59,731 nt of DNA from a virus (IMGVR_UViG_3300010401_000039:1-59731); one strand, 5' to 3'. Counted from the first letter of the stretch, positions 7,753-16,925 are shown. Numbers and translations: made by a program. Notes: generated by a model not told the origin, from the letters alone.

Positions 7753-8183
7753 GCCGCGGTGGCCGTCGCGGGTTGGCTGTTGGCGGGCGCGGGCGTCCAC
7801 TCAAGCACGACATCATCGGCTTCGAGCGGCTGCGTTACGCGCCACGAGTTTGTGTTGGTGGCGATGCGGTACCATTTATTGGCGCGCATGTTGAAGCGCA
7901 GAATTTCCTCTTTCGGATCGTTTCGCGCCTCGACTTCCGCCAGCGTCTCCACTTTGCCCCCAAGGAAGTAACGCCCGCTTTGCTTCACGACGCGGCTGTC
8001 CAAGTCGGCATCGCCACGCGCTCGCGTTGAGAAGAAGAAGGCAAAGGGCGTGGTGCCATGGCGCTCCTTCACTTTACGCGCCAGCTGTTTGGCCAATTCA
8101 ACGTCCCACGATGCGATTGGCTTCGTCGTCTCCGCATGGACGAAGGTGCCCGGACTCAAGAACGTGACGAAGTGCTGTTTCAT
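7749..8183 (-). CDS. Hypothetical phage protein
   Basis: MKQHFVTFLSPGTFV... ATGA-coupled on both sides. Confidence 0.7.
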   Translation of the reverse strand: MKQHFVTFLSPGTFVHAETTKPIASWDVELAKQLARKVKERHGTTPFAFFFSTRARGDADLDSRVVKQSGRYFLGGKVETLAEVEARNDPKEEILRFNMRANKWYRIATNTNSWRVTQPLEADDVVLEWTPAPANSQPATATAA

Positions 8184-8413
8184 GCGGCGGTCGCTTTCGT
8201 ATCGCTGTTGACGGCAGTGGGCGCGGGCGCGGTGCCCCAAGCCTTGGCGCGGCTCGCCCGCTTGGGCAGCGCCGTCATATCGCGGCGCATGGCTTCGACG
8301 CGTTCAATGGCGGCTTCGATGCCCGCGAGTTGCGCGATGAGCCGCTGATGGTCTGCTTTAAGGGCCGCCTCGTGTCGGTCGAGGACGACCATTGCTTTGG
8401 AGGTGCGGGGCAT
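8180..8413 (-). CDS. Coiled-coil hypothetical protein
   Basis: Coupled ORF with a heptad pattern. Confidence 0.6.
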   Translation of the reverse strand: MPRTSKAMVVLDRHEAALKADHQRLIAQLAGIEAAIERVEAMRRDMTALPKRASRAKAWGTAPAPTAVNSDTKATAA

Positions 8414-8604
8414 TAGAGCCTCCCTACGGTTTTGCTCACGAGCGTCAACACGCGAGCGATTTCTGGGTTGGCATTTAGCGCGTCCAAGGCGCTGTTCACA
8501 TCGGCAAGCTCTGATTCGAGGCGCAGCTTCTTACTCTGGAGCCTGTCGTTGATGGTGGTGACGACTTCGCAATCGCCGCTTGGCTTCTGCAGTGCTTCGG
8601 TCAT
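8413..8604 (-). CDS. Coiled-coil hypothetical protein
   Basis: TAATG coupling. Confidence 0.6.
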   Translation of the reverse strand: MTEALQKPSGDCEVVTTINDRLQSKKLRLESELADVNSALDALNANPEIARVLTLVSKTVGRL

Positions 8605-8607
8605 AGG

Positions 8608-8838
8608 CTAGTTTCCTTTCGCTACCTGCGGGTCTTGGAGTTCGTTGTGTGGATTTATCGCGGGATTGGGCACGGCACCGTTGTTGCGGATTATGGCCCA
8701 CGACCACGGCTCCGCGCCACTAACGCGAAGCTCGAATTGAATCTCCTGCGGATGGGCAGGCAATTCAGGATGATCGGTGGCGCGAAGAATCCGGTGAACG
8801 GCGTCGGCTATCTCACGCTTCTGGAGAACGCTGAACAT
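8608..8838 (-). CDS. Hypothetical protein
   Basis: Operon packing. Confidence 0.6.
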   Translation of the reverse strand: MFSVLQKREIADAVHRILRATDHPELPAHPQEIQFELRVSGAEPWSWAIIRNNGAVPNPAINPHNELQDPQVAKGN

Positions 8839-8841
8839 AGG

Positions 8842-9291
8842 CTAGGCGGGCTGCACGCGGTTGAAGGCTTTAGCGTCACTGAAGCCCTTTTTGACGGCGA
8901 ACTCGACGAGCAACGGCTTGCCCTTGAGCGCCGTCCAGCCACCACGAGCGTCGATGGCGGTTTTGGCGTTCTCTTTGCTGGTGCGTTCGAGGCCAAGGAC
9001 GGCCAGCGCCAACTCACGCACGCTCGCCTTCCACTCGTCCTCGCGCCCTTCCCACTTGTTAAGGCTAATCATGGTGGGGAAGCCCGCCTGGACTTCGTCG
9101 CCATCCGTAGTGCGTGCCGGTTCTTCGAGCACAAGATTCACGATGGTCTTGAGCAGCGGCCCTTTGCCCGCTTCGCCGTTGTCGTCCTTGCGTGGGATGT
9201 CGCGCACGTCGCCGAGCTGGCAGCGTTTGATGCCTGCGGCGAGGGTGCGTTGCAGGGGCGTTGTGCCCCAGTCGTCATTCTGTAGTGACAT
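8842..9291 (-). CDS. Putative ssDNA-binding (OB-fold-like) protein
   Basis: Size, beta-strand pattern (LKGKPLLVEF) and position downstream of the Sak4-like ATPase and nuclease. Inference only. Confidence 0.4.
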   Translation of the reverse strand: MSLQNDDWGTTPLQRTLAAGIKRCQLGDVRDIPRKDDNGEAGKGPLLKTIVNLVLEEPARTTDGDEVQAGFPTMISLNKWEGREDEWKASVRELALAVLGLERTSKENAKTAIDARGGWTALKGKPLLVEFAVKKGFSDAKAFNRVQPA

Positions 9292-9347
9292 GTGATGTGT
9301 CCTGTGGTTGTGCGCCGGTCAGGGCGCGGTTGTTGTTGTTACTAAAA

Positions 9348-9893
9348 TCAGCAGGCGCAGCGAAAGCTGGTCGGGCGATTCGCCACGCACTTGCCAATGA
9401 AGGTTTCATAGTGCGTCCAGAATTCATCGTTGGGCTGCACATCATCGCCGTATTTAATGTCCGTGCCAAACACACCCTGCTCAGCGCAGGCAATCAAATT
9501 GGAAAAGCGCGTGCCTTCTTCCGGCTCATACCTAAACAGACGATGAGCGAAGGCGTCCAGCCACTTGCGCGATGCTTCTCGTACGTCGTTCGGCGTTTGT
9601 ACAAACGCCGGATGCGTCCAATCATGGCGCAGGCTGGTGATGGTCTGCGGATATAAGCACAACCAGAACGCATCGCCCGCTTGTGCCGGTTGCCTTAAGA
9701 ACGGGTCAACGATGCCGATGCAAGCCTCGTCAGCTTCAGCACCGCGCACAGAGCGCACTACGCCGGGCTTTACGAGGACGACGTGCTGGCCAGGATAAAG
9801 GCGCTCGTCGGAGGTAACAGGCGCGATGGCAATGTGGATGGCGTCACGCTGAGCCGAAGCGGGCGCAAGTGTGCCGAGTTTGATGTCGCTCAT
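9348..9893 (-). CDS. Hypothetical phage protein
   Basis: RDAIHIAIAPV...IGIVDPFL...ITSLRHDWTHPAF. Phage-like codon use. Confidence 0.7.
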   Translation of the reverse strand: MSDIKLGTLAPASAQRDAIHIAIAPVTSDERLYPGQHVVLVKPGVVRSVRGAEADEACIGIVDPFLRQPAQAGDAFWLCLYPQTITSLRHDWTHPAFVQTPNDVREASRKWLDAFAHRLFRYEPEEGTRFSNLIACAEQGVFGTDIKYGDDVQPNDEFWTHYETFIGKCVANRPTSFRCAC

Positions 9894-9896
9894 AGG

Positions 9897-10112
9897 TCAG
9901 GGCGCGGTTTGAGCGGGCGCGGGTGCGTCCGCCATTTCTACCCAGCAACAACCCTCCGCTTCATCGCAGAGGTGCTGGTAAATCTTGCCGCATGAGCAGG
10001 TCCAGCGGTCGCCGGTGACGCGGTAGCCGGACATGGCCCAGCGGCTCTGCCGAATCAGTATGTCGCAGTTATGTCGCTTTTCGCCAATACGCTTGGGTTC
10101 TTGTGCGTTCAT
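9897..10112 (-). CDS. Small Cys-rich protein
   Basis: WTCSCGK. Coupled to the ATPase stop. Confidence 0.5.
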   Translation of the reverse strand: MNAQEPKRIGEKRHNCDILIRQSRWAMSGYRVTGDRWTCSCGKIYQHLCDEAEGCCWVEMADAPAPAQTAP

Positions 10113-10900
10113 GCGCTCGGTGCGGTTTGCGCCGTGGACGGCGCGGGCGCGTCCGGCAAAAAGTATTTGTCCCAATAAGCCCGCACAACGCCGTCAACGC
10201 GCTCGCTAATGAGAATTTCCTGCCCGGTAAGATGCTGGCAGCGCGAGCCGCAGTTGACGGTGTCGCTGGTTTTGAAGTTGATGTACACCTGGTTCGCGAA
10301 GTTGCGCCACACATAGCCGATGCTGGAGCAACGGCTGGCGACGATGGCGCGAACCTTGCCCGTAAGTGCGACATCCTGGGCGGCGACCTCTTGCTGCCCT
10401 TTGCGCTCGATATACTTCTCGCGTACGTGTCCAAGCAAAACGCACTCGTCCGCGGCCTTGCAGAACAGCCAGAGCGTTTCGCCCATTGCTTCGCGCAAGC
10501 GACCGTAGCCCGCGCCCTGCGGCAGTTCCACAATGGACGTGCCTTGGAAGTCCTTGCCGAGCACGCTTTTCTTGTACTGGGCGAGCGCGTAGGGATCGCA
10601 GAGCGCTTCGACCTCGTCGATGGTGTCGATGACGAGGCGGCGGCAGGCGGGAGTGCCCGCTTCACGCAACGCGATGAGCTTCGCCAGAACCGCCTGAAGA
10701 TGCGCCATGTCGCGTATGTCGATCTTGCGCGCGGTGACGAAATCGGCGCCGGCAGGCTCCAGTTCGAGAATGAGCGAGTCGGGCAACAAGGCGGCGATGG
10801 TGGTTTTGCCGCCCTTGGGCGGGCCGTAGAGGAGAGAGAGTTTCGGGTTGCGGCGCGACGGCGGAACGGGCGCGGTCGGAATGTTGATGGGGTCGCTCAT
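10109..10900 (-). CDS. Phage AAA_24 / Sak4-like ATPase (recombination)
   Basis: Walker A LLYGPPKGGKTT and Walker B LVIDTID, plus GAGYG and LLGH. Confidence 0.85.
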   Translation of the reverse strand: MSDPINIPTAPVPPSRRNPKLSLLYGPPKGGKTTIAALLPDSLILELEPAGADFVTARKIDIRDMAHLQAVLAKLIALREAGTPACRRLVIDTIDEVEALCDPYALAQYKKSVLGKDFQGTSIVELPQGAGYGRLREAMGETLWLFCKAADECVLLGHVREKYIERKGQQEVAAQDVALTGKVRAIVASRCSSIGYVWRNFANQVYINFKTSDTVNCGSRCQHLTGQEILISERVDGVVRAYWDKYFLPDAPAPSTAQTAPSA

Positions 10901-11115
10901 GGTGCCGCCTCCCTACGCCCTGCCGCTGCGAGGCGGTCGGCGAGCCGTGCTTTGACCAAGTCGCGCAGTTGACGCTCGCGGTTCTCGGCTTCGACACGCA
11001 GCAATTGATTCATCCACTCGCGACACACGTCGCACAGTTTGTTTTCAGCGGCGATGCGCTCCATGTGGAGTTCGTTGAGCACGCCTTCGGCTTCAAGCAG
11101 TTCGGCGTCAGTCAT
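10897..11115 (-). CDS. Coiled-coil hypothetical protein
   Basis: Coupled ORF. Confidence 0.6.
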   Translation of the reverse strand: MTDAELLEAEGVLNELHMERIAAENKLCDVCREWMNQLLRVEAENRERQLRDLVKARLADRLAAAGRREAAP

Positions 11116-12068
11116 GGTGTCCCCTCGGGTTGTGCGCCGTCGCGGGCGCGTTCGCGTTGCTTGGCGGCTTCGGCATCTTCAAATTCGTCAGTGGCGAGCT
11201 TCAGCGGGCGGTCGCTGGGCGGCAGTACACAAACACCAATGTACTCGCAGCACCCGAAAGTATGGCGGCAACAACCAAGTTCAGCGCACGCCATCGGCCA
11301 CGAGTCATGGTCCTGCGGGTCGCGTTCAAGAATCTCGCGGGCCTTGCGAAGCGTATGACGACGCCACTCGTCAACACGGTCCTGCGGGAAGAACAGTCCG
11401 CCGTCCTTGGGAAAGGCGTAGGCGACGCCGGTCTTGCTCGGCTTGCGCATGATAATGCGAACAGGTTGAACGCCAGCGACGGACTTGTTGGGATGCTGCA
11501 CCTGCCACGAATAGATATAGCCCATGAACTGGCCGCTATTCTGCATCGCTTTGATTTGGGCGTCCTCGTCGCGGCTGCTACTTTTCCAATCGACTATCCA
11601 GCGACGGCCGTCTTGGTCAACGCCAACGAGGTCGCGGCGAAACTCCCACATAATACGGGCGGGCACTAAATCAGCGCAACCCATGTCCTGCGGTTTTCGG
11701 GCTACGTGGACAATGCCAAGCTCGACGACGCCCTGTTGCTCCACTTCCTCAATGGTCCAGCCAGTGAACGTGCTCGCATGCTCCGCGCGGAAAGCCGCGA
11801 GCGCATCCTTCAAATATGGCGCGGTCCTATACTCTTTCTCGCTCGCCGCAATGGGCGTCTCAGCCAGCACCGCGTCAATCGCCGCTTCCTGCGCCGCCAC
11901 GTCCTTGCCGGTTTGGAGCGCATGCAACGCTCCGTGGATGGCGGTGCCAGCGATGAGGCCGCTGGAGGTGCGCACCGGACGGCGGTCGAGTACCTTGTAC
12001 ATTCTGTACGCGGCAGGGCAGCGCGAGTACATGCCTAGCGACGAGGAGGAGAGCGTCAGCGTTGTCAT
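11112..12068 (-). CDS. PD-(D/E)XK (RecB/Cas4-like) exonuclease
   Basis: LSSSSL...CP, GTAIH, RDLV...IVDWKSS, QFMGY, C-terminal CC...CCEY...C cluster. Confidence 0.85.
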   Translation of the reverse strand: MTTLTLSSSSLGMYSRCPAAYRMYKVLDRRPVRTSSGLIAGTAIHGALHALQTGKDVAAQEAAIDAVLAETPIAASEKEYRTAPYLKDALAAFRAEHASTFTGWTIEEVEQQGVVELGIVHVARKPQDMGCADLVPARIMWEFRRDLVGVDQDGRRWIVDWKSSSRDEDAQIKAMQNSGQFMGYIYSWQVQHPNKSVAGVQPVRIIMRKPSKTGVAYAFPKDGGLFFPQDRVDEWRRHTLRKAREILERDPQDHDSWPMACAELGCCRHTFGCCEYIGVCVLPPSDRPLKLATDEFEDAEAAKQRERARDGAQPEGTP

Positions 12069-12322
12069 GCGACCACCGACCTTTCGCCTGCCGCATGGGC
12101 GCGGCGTTCTTCGACCAGGGCGGCGATGGCGGCTGCGGCGATGCCCGTGCTGCCCAGCAAAGCATTGCGCTTGTTCGCTGGCGCACTCGCTTCAAGCAAG
12201 CAACAGATCGCGTGGACAAGCTGCGGGCCGCTGAGGCTCGTGGGTACGGCCTCCTCAATGAGTTGAATTGCGCCTTGGGCAAGAGCGATGCCGTCGAGGT
12301 CTTTTTGGGTGAGGAGGGTCAC
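12065..12322 (-). CDS. Hypothetical protein
   Basis: Coupled ORF. Confidence 0.55.
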   Translation of the reverse strand: MTLLTQKDLDGIALAQGAIQLIEEAVPTSLSGPQLVHAICCLLEASAPANKRNALLGSTGIAAAAIAALVEERRAHAAGERSVVA

Positions 12323-12639
12323 GCTTTGCCTTTGATGATGCGGTTCAGGGCGCGAAGGATGTTGCGCTTGGGCGTTTGCACAAAGGCGCGTCCGACTGCT
12401 CTAAGACGGTCATTGATGCGATGGGTCGGCATACCGAACAAATTGGCCAAGTCTGTTTCAAGCGCGTTGAAGTGAGGCGTGTATCGCGGAATCTTTTGCA
12501 ACGCTGCAATGTGCCCAACCGCACAATGACGCCCGCGCAAGTCGTCGTAATCGCCAACGCACCATTGACTGGACGGGATGCGTTTGAGCCGTTCAGCGTA
12601 TTGCTTCGCCGCGTGTACTTTTAGTGGGTCGGTTTTCAT
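12319..12639 (-). CDS. Hypothetical protein
   Basis: Coupled ORF. WCVG...HCAVGH...IND. Confidence 0.6.
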   Translation of the reverse strand: MKTDPLKVHAAKQYAERLKRIPSSQWCVGDYDDLRGRHCAVGHIAALQKIPRYTPHFNALETDLANLFGMPTHRINDRLRAVGRAFVQTPKRNILRALNRIIKGKA

Positions 12640-12824
12640 GGCGTCATCTTCGCCGACCGCGCCAGCGTCCGTTCAATCTCCTCGTGCGTCACGACGAGGC
12701 CGTAGTGGACGGCGAGCCGGTGCGCGGCCAACTCGAACAGCGTCGCCGTCGTGATGCCGGGAAAGCCCTGCTCGTGGTTGCGCACCACGGTTTCGATCAA
12801 CTCGCTGCGGTCGGTAGCGGTCAT
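12636..12824 (-). CDS. Hypothetical protein
   Basis: Coupled ORF. Confidence 0.55.
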   Translation of the reverse strand: MTATDRSELIETVVRNHEQGFPGITTATLFELAAHRLAVHYGLVVTHEEIERTLARSAKMTP

Positions 12825-13279
12825 ATTCGGGGTTCGTCGTCGCCCACGTCAGGCTGTGCCGGTGCCTGCGCGGGTTGCGGCATGGCCTTCGCGCCAGCCA
12901 GCGCCATCTCGATTTGCGCCCGCAGCCACGGCTTGGGCGGCGGGTCGCTGCGGTCAAGGAGAAAGCGCAGGTACTGTGCGTCCTCACGTGCAATGCGCGA
13001 CAACGGCCACGCGCTCTTGGGCGATGATGGCCCGTACTTTGAGCCGTACGGCATCGTCGGGTCTTTGAAGCGCGGCTCTGTCGGCGTCGAAGCCGACACG
13101 GGCGCAGCGGTCACTTGCTTGATGCTGCTGGGGTTCGCCGCGAGTGCGTCGTCAATCTCACGCCGCGTGCAGCCGAGCGAGCGGAACTCGCGCAGCGCGG
13201 CCTGGGCGTCGTCGTCGCTCACGTCAGGCGAGGTGACGCGGCGAAACAAGGCAGCGAGCTTGGAGCGGAGGTCGGTCAT
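12821..13279 (-). CDS. Hypothetical protein with DUF3820-like C-terminal motif
   Basis: TMPYGSKYG...LSRIAREDAQYLRFL resembles MPFGKYKG...YL.W. Confidence 0.55.
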   Translation of the reverse strand: MTDLRSKLAALFRRVTSPDVSDDDAQAALREFRSLGCTRREIDDALAANPSSIKQVTAAPVSASTPTEPRFKDPTMPYGSKYGPSSPKSAWPLSRIAREDAQYLRFLLDRSDPPPKPWLRAQIEMALAGAKAMPQPAQAPAQPDVGDDEPRI

Positions 13280-13566
13280 GGCGCGGGTGTTGCGGGGGCT
13301 TTGTGCAATCGCACAGCATCAGCTTCCGCTTTCGCTTCTGCTTCCTTTTTCGCTCGGGCATCCCTTCGCGCACGATGCTCCTCAGCCTGTTTCATCGCGT
13401 AGTCAAAAGCAGTTTCAGTGCGCTTTTCTTCATCGCCGTCAATCTCCTCTAGGATGTCATAGGCGTTTTGTACCGCAGTTTCAACTTCGATGGGATTTTC
13501 GGGATGTGCCCATTGCCCGCCTACAATCGAAGCAGCCATTAACGCTAACAATTCTCGGTCTCTCAT
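13276..13566 (-). CDS. Hypothetical protein
   Basis: Coupled ORF. Confidence 0.6.
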   Translation of the reverse strand: MRDRELLALMAASIVGGQWAHPENPIEVETAVQNAYDILEEIDGDEEKRTETAFDYAMKQAEEHRARRDARAKKEAEAKAEADAVRLHKAPATPAP

Positions 13567-13799
13567 CGTTTGCTCGCTTTCTCTGGTTCAGGTTCAATCA
13601 CGAACAGTTCGTCCAGCGACACACCGCTCTTATGCGAAATCTGCGCAGCGGTATCCAATGTCATGCCGCCTGCGTCCTTCTTCGACATGAAGCGGTAAAG
13701 TATCGTCGGATGAATCCCCCATTTGTCGGCAGCCGCGTTTACCGAACCGTGAACTCGCTCGACAAGCAGGGTGAACTTTTCAGAAGGGCGAACGTTCAT
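13563..13799 (-). CDS. XRE/Cro-like HTH regulator
   Basis: SVNAAADKWGIHPTILYRF...LDTAAQIS...GVSLDELF. First gene of the leftward operon. Confidence 0.8.
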   Translation of the reverse strand: MNVRPSEKFTLLVERVHGSVNAAADKWGIHPTILYRFMSKKDAGGMTLDTAAQISHKSGVSLDELFVIEPEPEKASKR

Positions 13800-13800
13800 G

Positions 13801-13876
13801 TTTCGCGCAAATTACACACGACGCGAAAATGTGTCAACACTTTTTTAATTGACGCTATACACAGCCCATTTAAGCT
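13801..13876. promoter_or_regulatory. Divergent sigma70-type promoter pair with inverted-repeat operator
   Basis: Minus: TTGACA(13837-32)-17-TAATTT. Plus: TTGACG(13849)-16-TAAGCT. TTTCGCG...CGCGAAA (13801-13828) straddles the leftward -10. Confidence 0.7.
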
Positions 13877-13882
13877 GTCGTT

Positions 13883-14878
13883 GTGCCTGCCGCTATTTTC
13901 AAACCGGGCCTCTCTGGCGCAACGCTGGACGAGGCGTTGGAAACGTGCGGCGAGAGTCCACCAGTCCTTATTGACCAACTCATCAGCGACAATTCCACGG
14001 TGATGCTTTCAGGCGATGGCGACACCGGGAAAAGCATCATCAGCCTTTGTGTCGCGGCGGCCGCCAGCAGCGGGCTTCCAGTTTGGGGCCAGTTCGATTG
14101 CCGAACGCCACTGAAGATTTATTACCTTGTCGGCGAGCGCAACGCCCGAGAGTCCTTAATTCGCCTGCGCCAGATGCGAGCCAAGTTGCCGTTGAACAAA
14201 GAGAACTTTTCCATCAACGGCAGCTTGGTAGGAACCATCGACTTGAGCAGCGACATCTACGTCGCCAGCTTCATCGACTTTCTGAAGAAGGATTGGCCCG
14301 GCCTGCAACTGCTATTTCTTGAGCCGATCTACGCGATGGTCCCCGTTTGGGACGAGCGGCATGTTCTCGCTTTGGTTCGTAACCTTACGCTCATCAAGGC
14401 CCAACTGAATTGCGCCGTTTGGCTCACCCACCACAACACCAAATCCATTGTCAGCACTTGGGGGAGCGAGAAGCAACGCGCAAACGCTTACTATGGACCT
14501 GTTTGGCTGTACAACCACGTCGAGGGGCAATACAGCGTCACCAAAACCGGGGACAACACCCGCAAGTTGACGATGCAGAAGGACACAAATCGAATCATGC
14601 TCTCCGAAATCCCGCTCGTTTACGACTCCTCGACATGCACGGTCGAGATGGACCCCAACGACCTGCTGGCGCCGCTCAAGGTACGGGATCGCATGTATGT
14701 CTTCCTGCGACGGTGCGAGAACGAGAACCGCGGCTTTACCTTGAATGAAATCATGCTCCAAACTTGTGTGTCCCGCGCTACCTTCTTTCGCATCTGCGAT
14801 CGGCCTCCGTGGAACGGCAGAATCAGCAACACAAACGCGCCCGGAAAAGAGGCTTTTTACACCATCGCGCCACGGTGA
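13883..14878 (+). CDS. AAA_25 / RepA-like SF4 helicase
   Basis: LSGDGDTGKS Walker A, YLVGE, LLFLEPIY, AVWLTHHNTK, C-terminal HTH-like SRATFFR. Confidence 0.8.
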   Translation: MPAAIFKPGLSGATLDEALETCGESPPVLIDQLISDNSTVMLSGDGDTGKSIISLCVAAAASSGLPVWGQFDCRTPLKIYYLVGERNARESLIRLRQMRAKLPLNKENFSINGSLVGTIDLSSDIYVASFIDFLKKDWPGLQLLFLEPIYAMVPVWDERHVLALVRNLTLIKAQLNCAVWLTHHNTKSIVSTWGSEKQRANAYYGPVWLYNHVEGQYSVTKTGDNTRKLTMQKDTNRIMLSEIPLVYDSSTCTVEMDPNDLLAPLKVRDRMYVFLRRCENENRGFTLNEIMLQTCVSRATFFRICDRPPWNGRISNTNAPGKEAFYTIAPR

Positions 14879-14901
14879 ATTTTCCCATTTTCGGGACGCT
14901 G

Positions 14902-15084
14902 TAAGTCATTGATGCCGTAGTGAGACACCCCCCCTTTTTTCAATTTTGCTCAGCAAAACGCGAAATTCGCGTCGTTTTTGGGGTGTCTCAGCCTCTTGTG
15001 CATTGCATCGGTGAGACACCCCTGCGATTGTTCGCAACTTGCGTTGGTTATAGGCGCTTGCAAAGTGCCTCTAGGGTGTCTCAC
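14902..15084. other. Candidate replication origin: four TGAGACACCC boxes in alternating orientation, IHF-like site, palindromes
   Basis: Boxes at 14920-30(+), 14981-90(-), 15011-21(+), 15074-84(-). TAAGTCATTGAT matches the ATCAAnnnnTTR core. Palindromes TTTTGCTCAGCAAAA and ACGCGAAATTCGCGT. Confidence 0.6.
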
Positions 15085-15089
15085 GTTTT

Positions 15090-15320
15090 TTACTCTGTAT
15101 TACCACCATACGGTGATACAGGTAGAGAAAGATACTGGTCGCCGCTTGCGCGCCGCCTCTCAAATCGCGCTTGCCGCAACTGCGAATTCTCCTGCCTCAA
15201 CCGCTCGCATTCCCAGCGCCACCGTTCGCACTCAGCCGCCAGCCAAAGCAGCGTGCTCCGGTGCGCCTCCAGGACCACTTGCAGGCGAAACGCGGGCTGT
15301 TGTAGCTGGCGCTCGGTCAT
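15090..15320 (-). CDS. Coiled-coil hypothetical protein
   Basis: Leaderless promoter TTGACG..TAGCCT just upstream. Confidence 0.45.
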   Translation of the reverse strand: MTERQLQQPAFRLQVVLEAHRSTLLWLAAECERWRWECERLRQENSQLRQARFERRRASGDQYLSLPVSPYGGNTE

Positions 15321-15580
15321 TGGGCGCAAGGCTACCACGTCGCGTGCCCTCGTCAACGGGTGTAAGTCCCCAATTCGCTCCAGAATGCCCCAGGACGCTT
15401 TGGACCACTATACCGGTGCGCCCCCCCCCCTTGCGGCGCGCCCTGGACGGCAAAGCGGCGCTCCTACGGGGACTGGCGCAATTTATCGGCTCGCCGCAAG
15501 TCAATCCGGGACTCCCTTGCCAGTATATCTGTCAACTAAACCGCTTGACACGCCTGCGGGCATCGTTTATGGTCCAGTCA

Positions 15581-15666
15581 TGCGTCCTAGCGCAGAAACA
15601 CACAAAACCCTTTGCCGCCGTGCCCCGGCAGCGCCCTGCTGCAATCTAGGCGGGGTGCGGCGGTGC
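15581..15666 (+). ncRNA. Pseudoknotted 5'-leader RNA motif, copy 1
   Basis: P1 TGCG[TCCTAG]CGCA. AC-rich linker ending TTT. P2 GCCGCCGTGCCCCG/CGGGGTGCGGCGGT. P3. Loop complement CTAGG. Promoter TTGACA(15545)-17-TATGGT. Confidence 0.7.
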
Positions 15667-15672
15667 TAACGT

Positions 15673-15975
15673 ATGCAAGGACTTATGAATGCGAAGTATC
15701 CGATAAAAGCACCGCAAGATTTCACTATAGAATGCGGGTGCCAGGTGCGATTCGATAACGACGGTTATGTGCGGCTCGCACAGTGCCCAATGCACACAAT
15801 GGCCGCTGATTTGCACGATGTTCTTAAAACGATTGTGGATAAGTCGTACCTACGTCCCGGTAAACACGAGGATTGTCACGTCCACCCTGAATTGATTGAG
15901 GCGGGGCGAAGGGTGTTGGACGCAATCAAGCTCACATCTCCGCTCGCCGTCCCTGCCGAAAAGGGGGCACAATGA
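15673..15975 (+). CDS. Hypothetical protein (ECGC...QCPMH)
   Basis: ORF directly after leader copy 1. Confidence 0.65.
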   Translation: MQGLMNAKYPIKAPQDFTIECGCQVRFDNDGYVRLAQCPMHTMAADLHDVLKTIVDKSYLRPGKHEDCHVHPELIEAGRRVLDAIKLTSPLAVPAEKGAQ

Positions 15976-16193
15976 CCTTGCAAGCCTTCATTCGCGACAA
16001 TCCCGCCGAACTGGACGCCGCAATTGGCCGCGTCCTTGGCCACGTACCACGCACCGCAAGCTGCGATTGCCCGCGCTCAGGCACAGACCACTACCACGAG
16101 CCGCCGCGCCTCAGCGACGCAGACAGGCGCGATTGGATACTCAATGACGCTGGCCTTTATCGCTGGGCACGCTCAGAGGGGGTGCGAATATGA
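15972..16193 (+). CDS. Hypothetical protein
   Basis: Coupled. C-terminal DRRDWILNDAGLYRWARSEGV. Confidence 0.65.
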   Translation: MTLQAFIRDNPAELDAAIGRVLGHVPRTASCDCPRSGTDHYHEPPRLSDADRRDWILNDAGLYRWARSEGVRI

Positions 16194-16336
16194 AAACAGC
16201 CATTGCGTCAACGCGACTCAAACCGTCCGAGGTAAAGGCGCTGGATCGCTTCGCCAAGCGCCAAGGGCAAAACCGAGCCGCGCTTATCGCCGAAGTGCTG
16301 CGAATCGCGCTAAAAACCATGCGCCAGCGCACTTGA
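16190..16336 (+). CDS. Ribbon-helix-helix (CopG/Arc-like) protein, 48 aa
   Basis: MKTAIASTRLKPSEVKALDRFAKRQGQNRAALIAEVL. ATGA-coupled and below the ORF-track size cutoff. Confidence 0.7.
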   Translation: MKTAIASTRLKPSEVKALDRFAKRQGQNRAALIAEVLRIALKTMRQRT

Positions 16337-16451
16337 CGCCCGCCCGCCTCGGTGCGCTTTACGCACCGGGGTAGCATCCGCCCCGTAAGCCACGCAAGCC
16401 GCGTTTACTGCTCAGACCACCATACGACAGCGGAAACCCGCTCCCGATGGC

Positions 16452-16730
16452 TTACGGGGTTGTCACGGGCACCAAAATCTCATGGTAACGGCGTTCTGAC
16501 CTGTCTGCTGAGACACACGCCCAGCCATAAGAGCCGAAATCCTCGTTTCCGGCCAATACTTCGCGCTCTGGATAGTCCCAACCCATGATCCGCTCTGGCG
16601 GACGCGCTCGCACTTGATGGACCTCCCAATAATCGCTGTGCGCCGCCTTGTACATCACCGCGGCACCGTCTCGTTTGACCAGCATCATCGGATGACCCGC
16701 CTGCTTGTAACTGTCAGGGATTGTTTGCAT
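16452..16730 (-). CDS. Hypothetical protein
   Basis: Own leaderless promoter (TTGACG 16764-59, TATCGT). REVLAGNEDFGSYGW. Confidence 0.65.
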   Translation of the reverse strand: MQTIPDSYKQAGHPMMLVKRDGAAVMYKAAHSDYWEVHQVRARPPERIMGWDYPEREVLAGNEDFGSYGWACVSADRSERRYHEILVPVTTP

Positions 16731-16807
16731 GGCGCAACGATACCAGAACCACGCAAGCCGTCAACCAACGCACTTGACACGCTCGACGCTTCGTGTATCT
16801 TACCCGC

Positions 16808-16911
16808 GTGCAACGTCAACCTGCACCAACCAACAACGCCCGCTTTGCCGTGCGGCGCCTGCGTCTGGGCGTGGCCTCCACGCTCAGGTTGACCGCGGGC
16901 TGTCGCGCGGC
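16808..16911 (+). ncRNA. Pseudoknotted 5'-leader RNA motif, copy 2
   Basis: P1 GTGCA[ACGTCAACC]TGCAC. P2 GCCGTGCGGCGCCTGCG/CGCGGGCTGTCGCGCGGC. P3 CTGGGCGTGG/CCACGCTCAG. Loop complement GGTTGAC. Confidence 0.78.
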
Positions 16912-16925
16912 TCTCACTAAACCGT

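Noticed and set aside
11112-12068. CRISPR-Cas (cas4)
   Set aside because: No array or other cas genes. The context is a phage recombination module.
12624-14003. 459-aa plus-strand ORF
   Set aside because: Antisense shadow of tightly coupled minus-strand genes, with R/S/A-rich composition and no motifs.
14920-15669. 249-aa and 223-aa plus-strand ORFs
   Set aside because: They span the repeat/origin region, a promoter and a leader RNA, and show no protein-like features.
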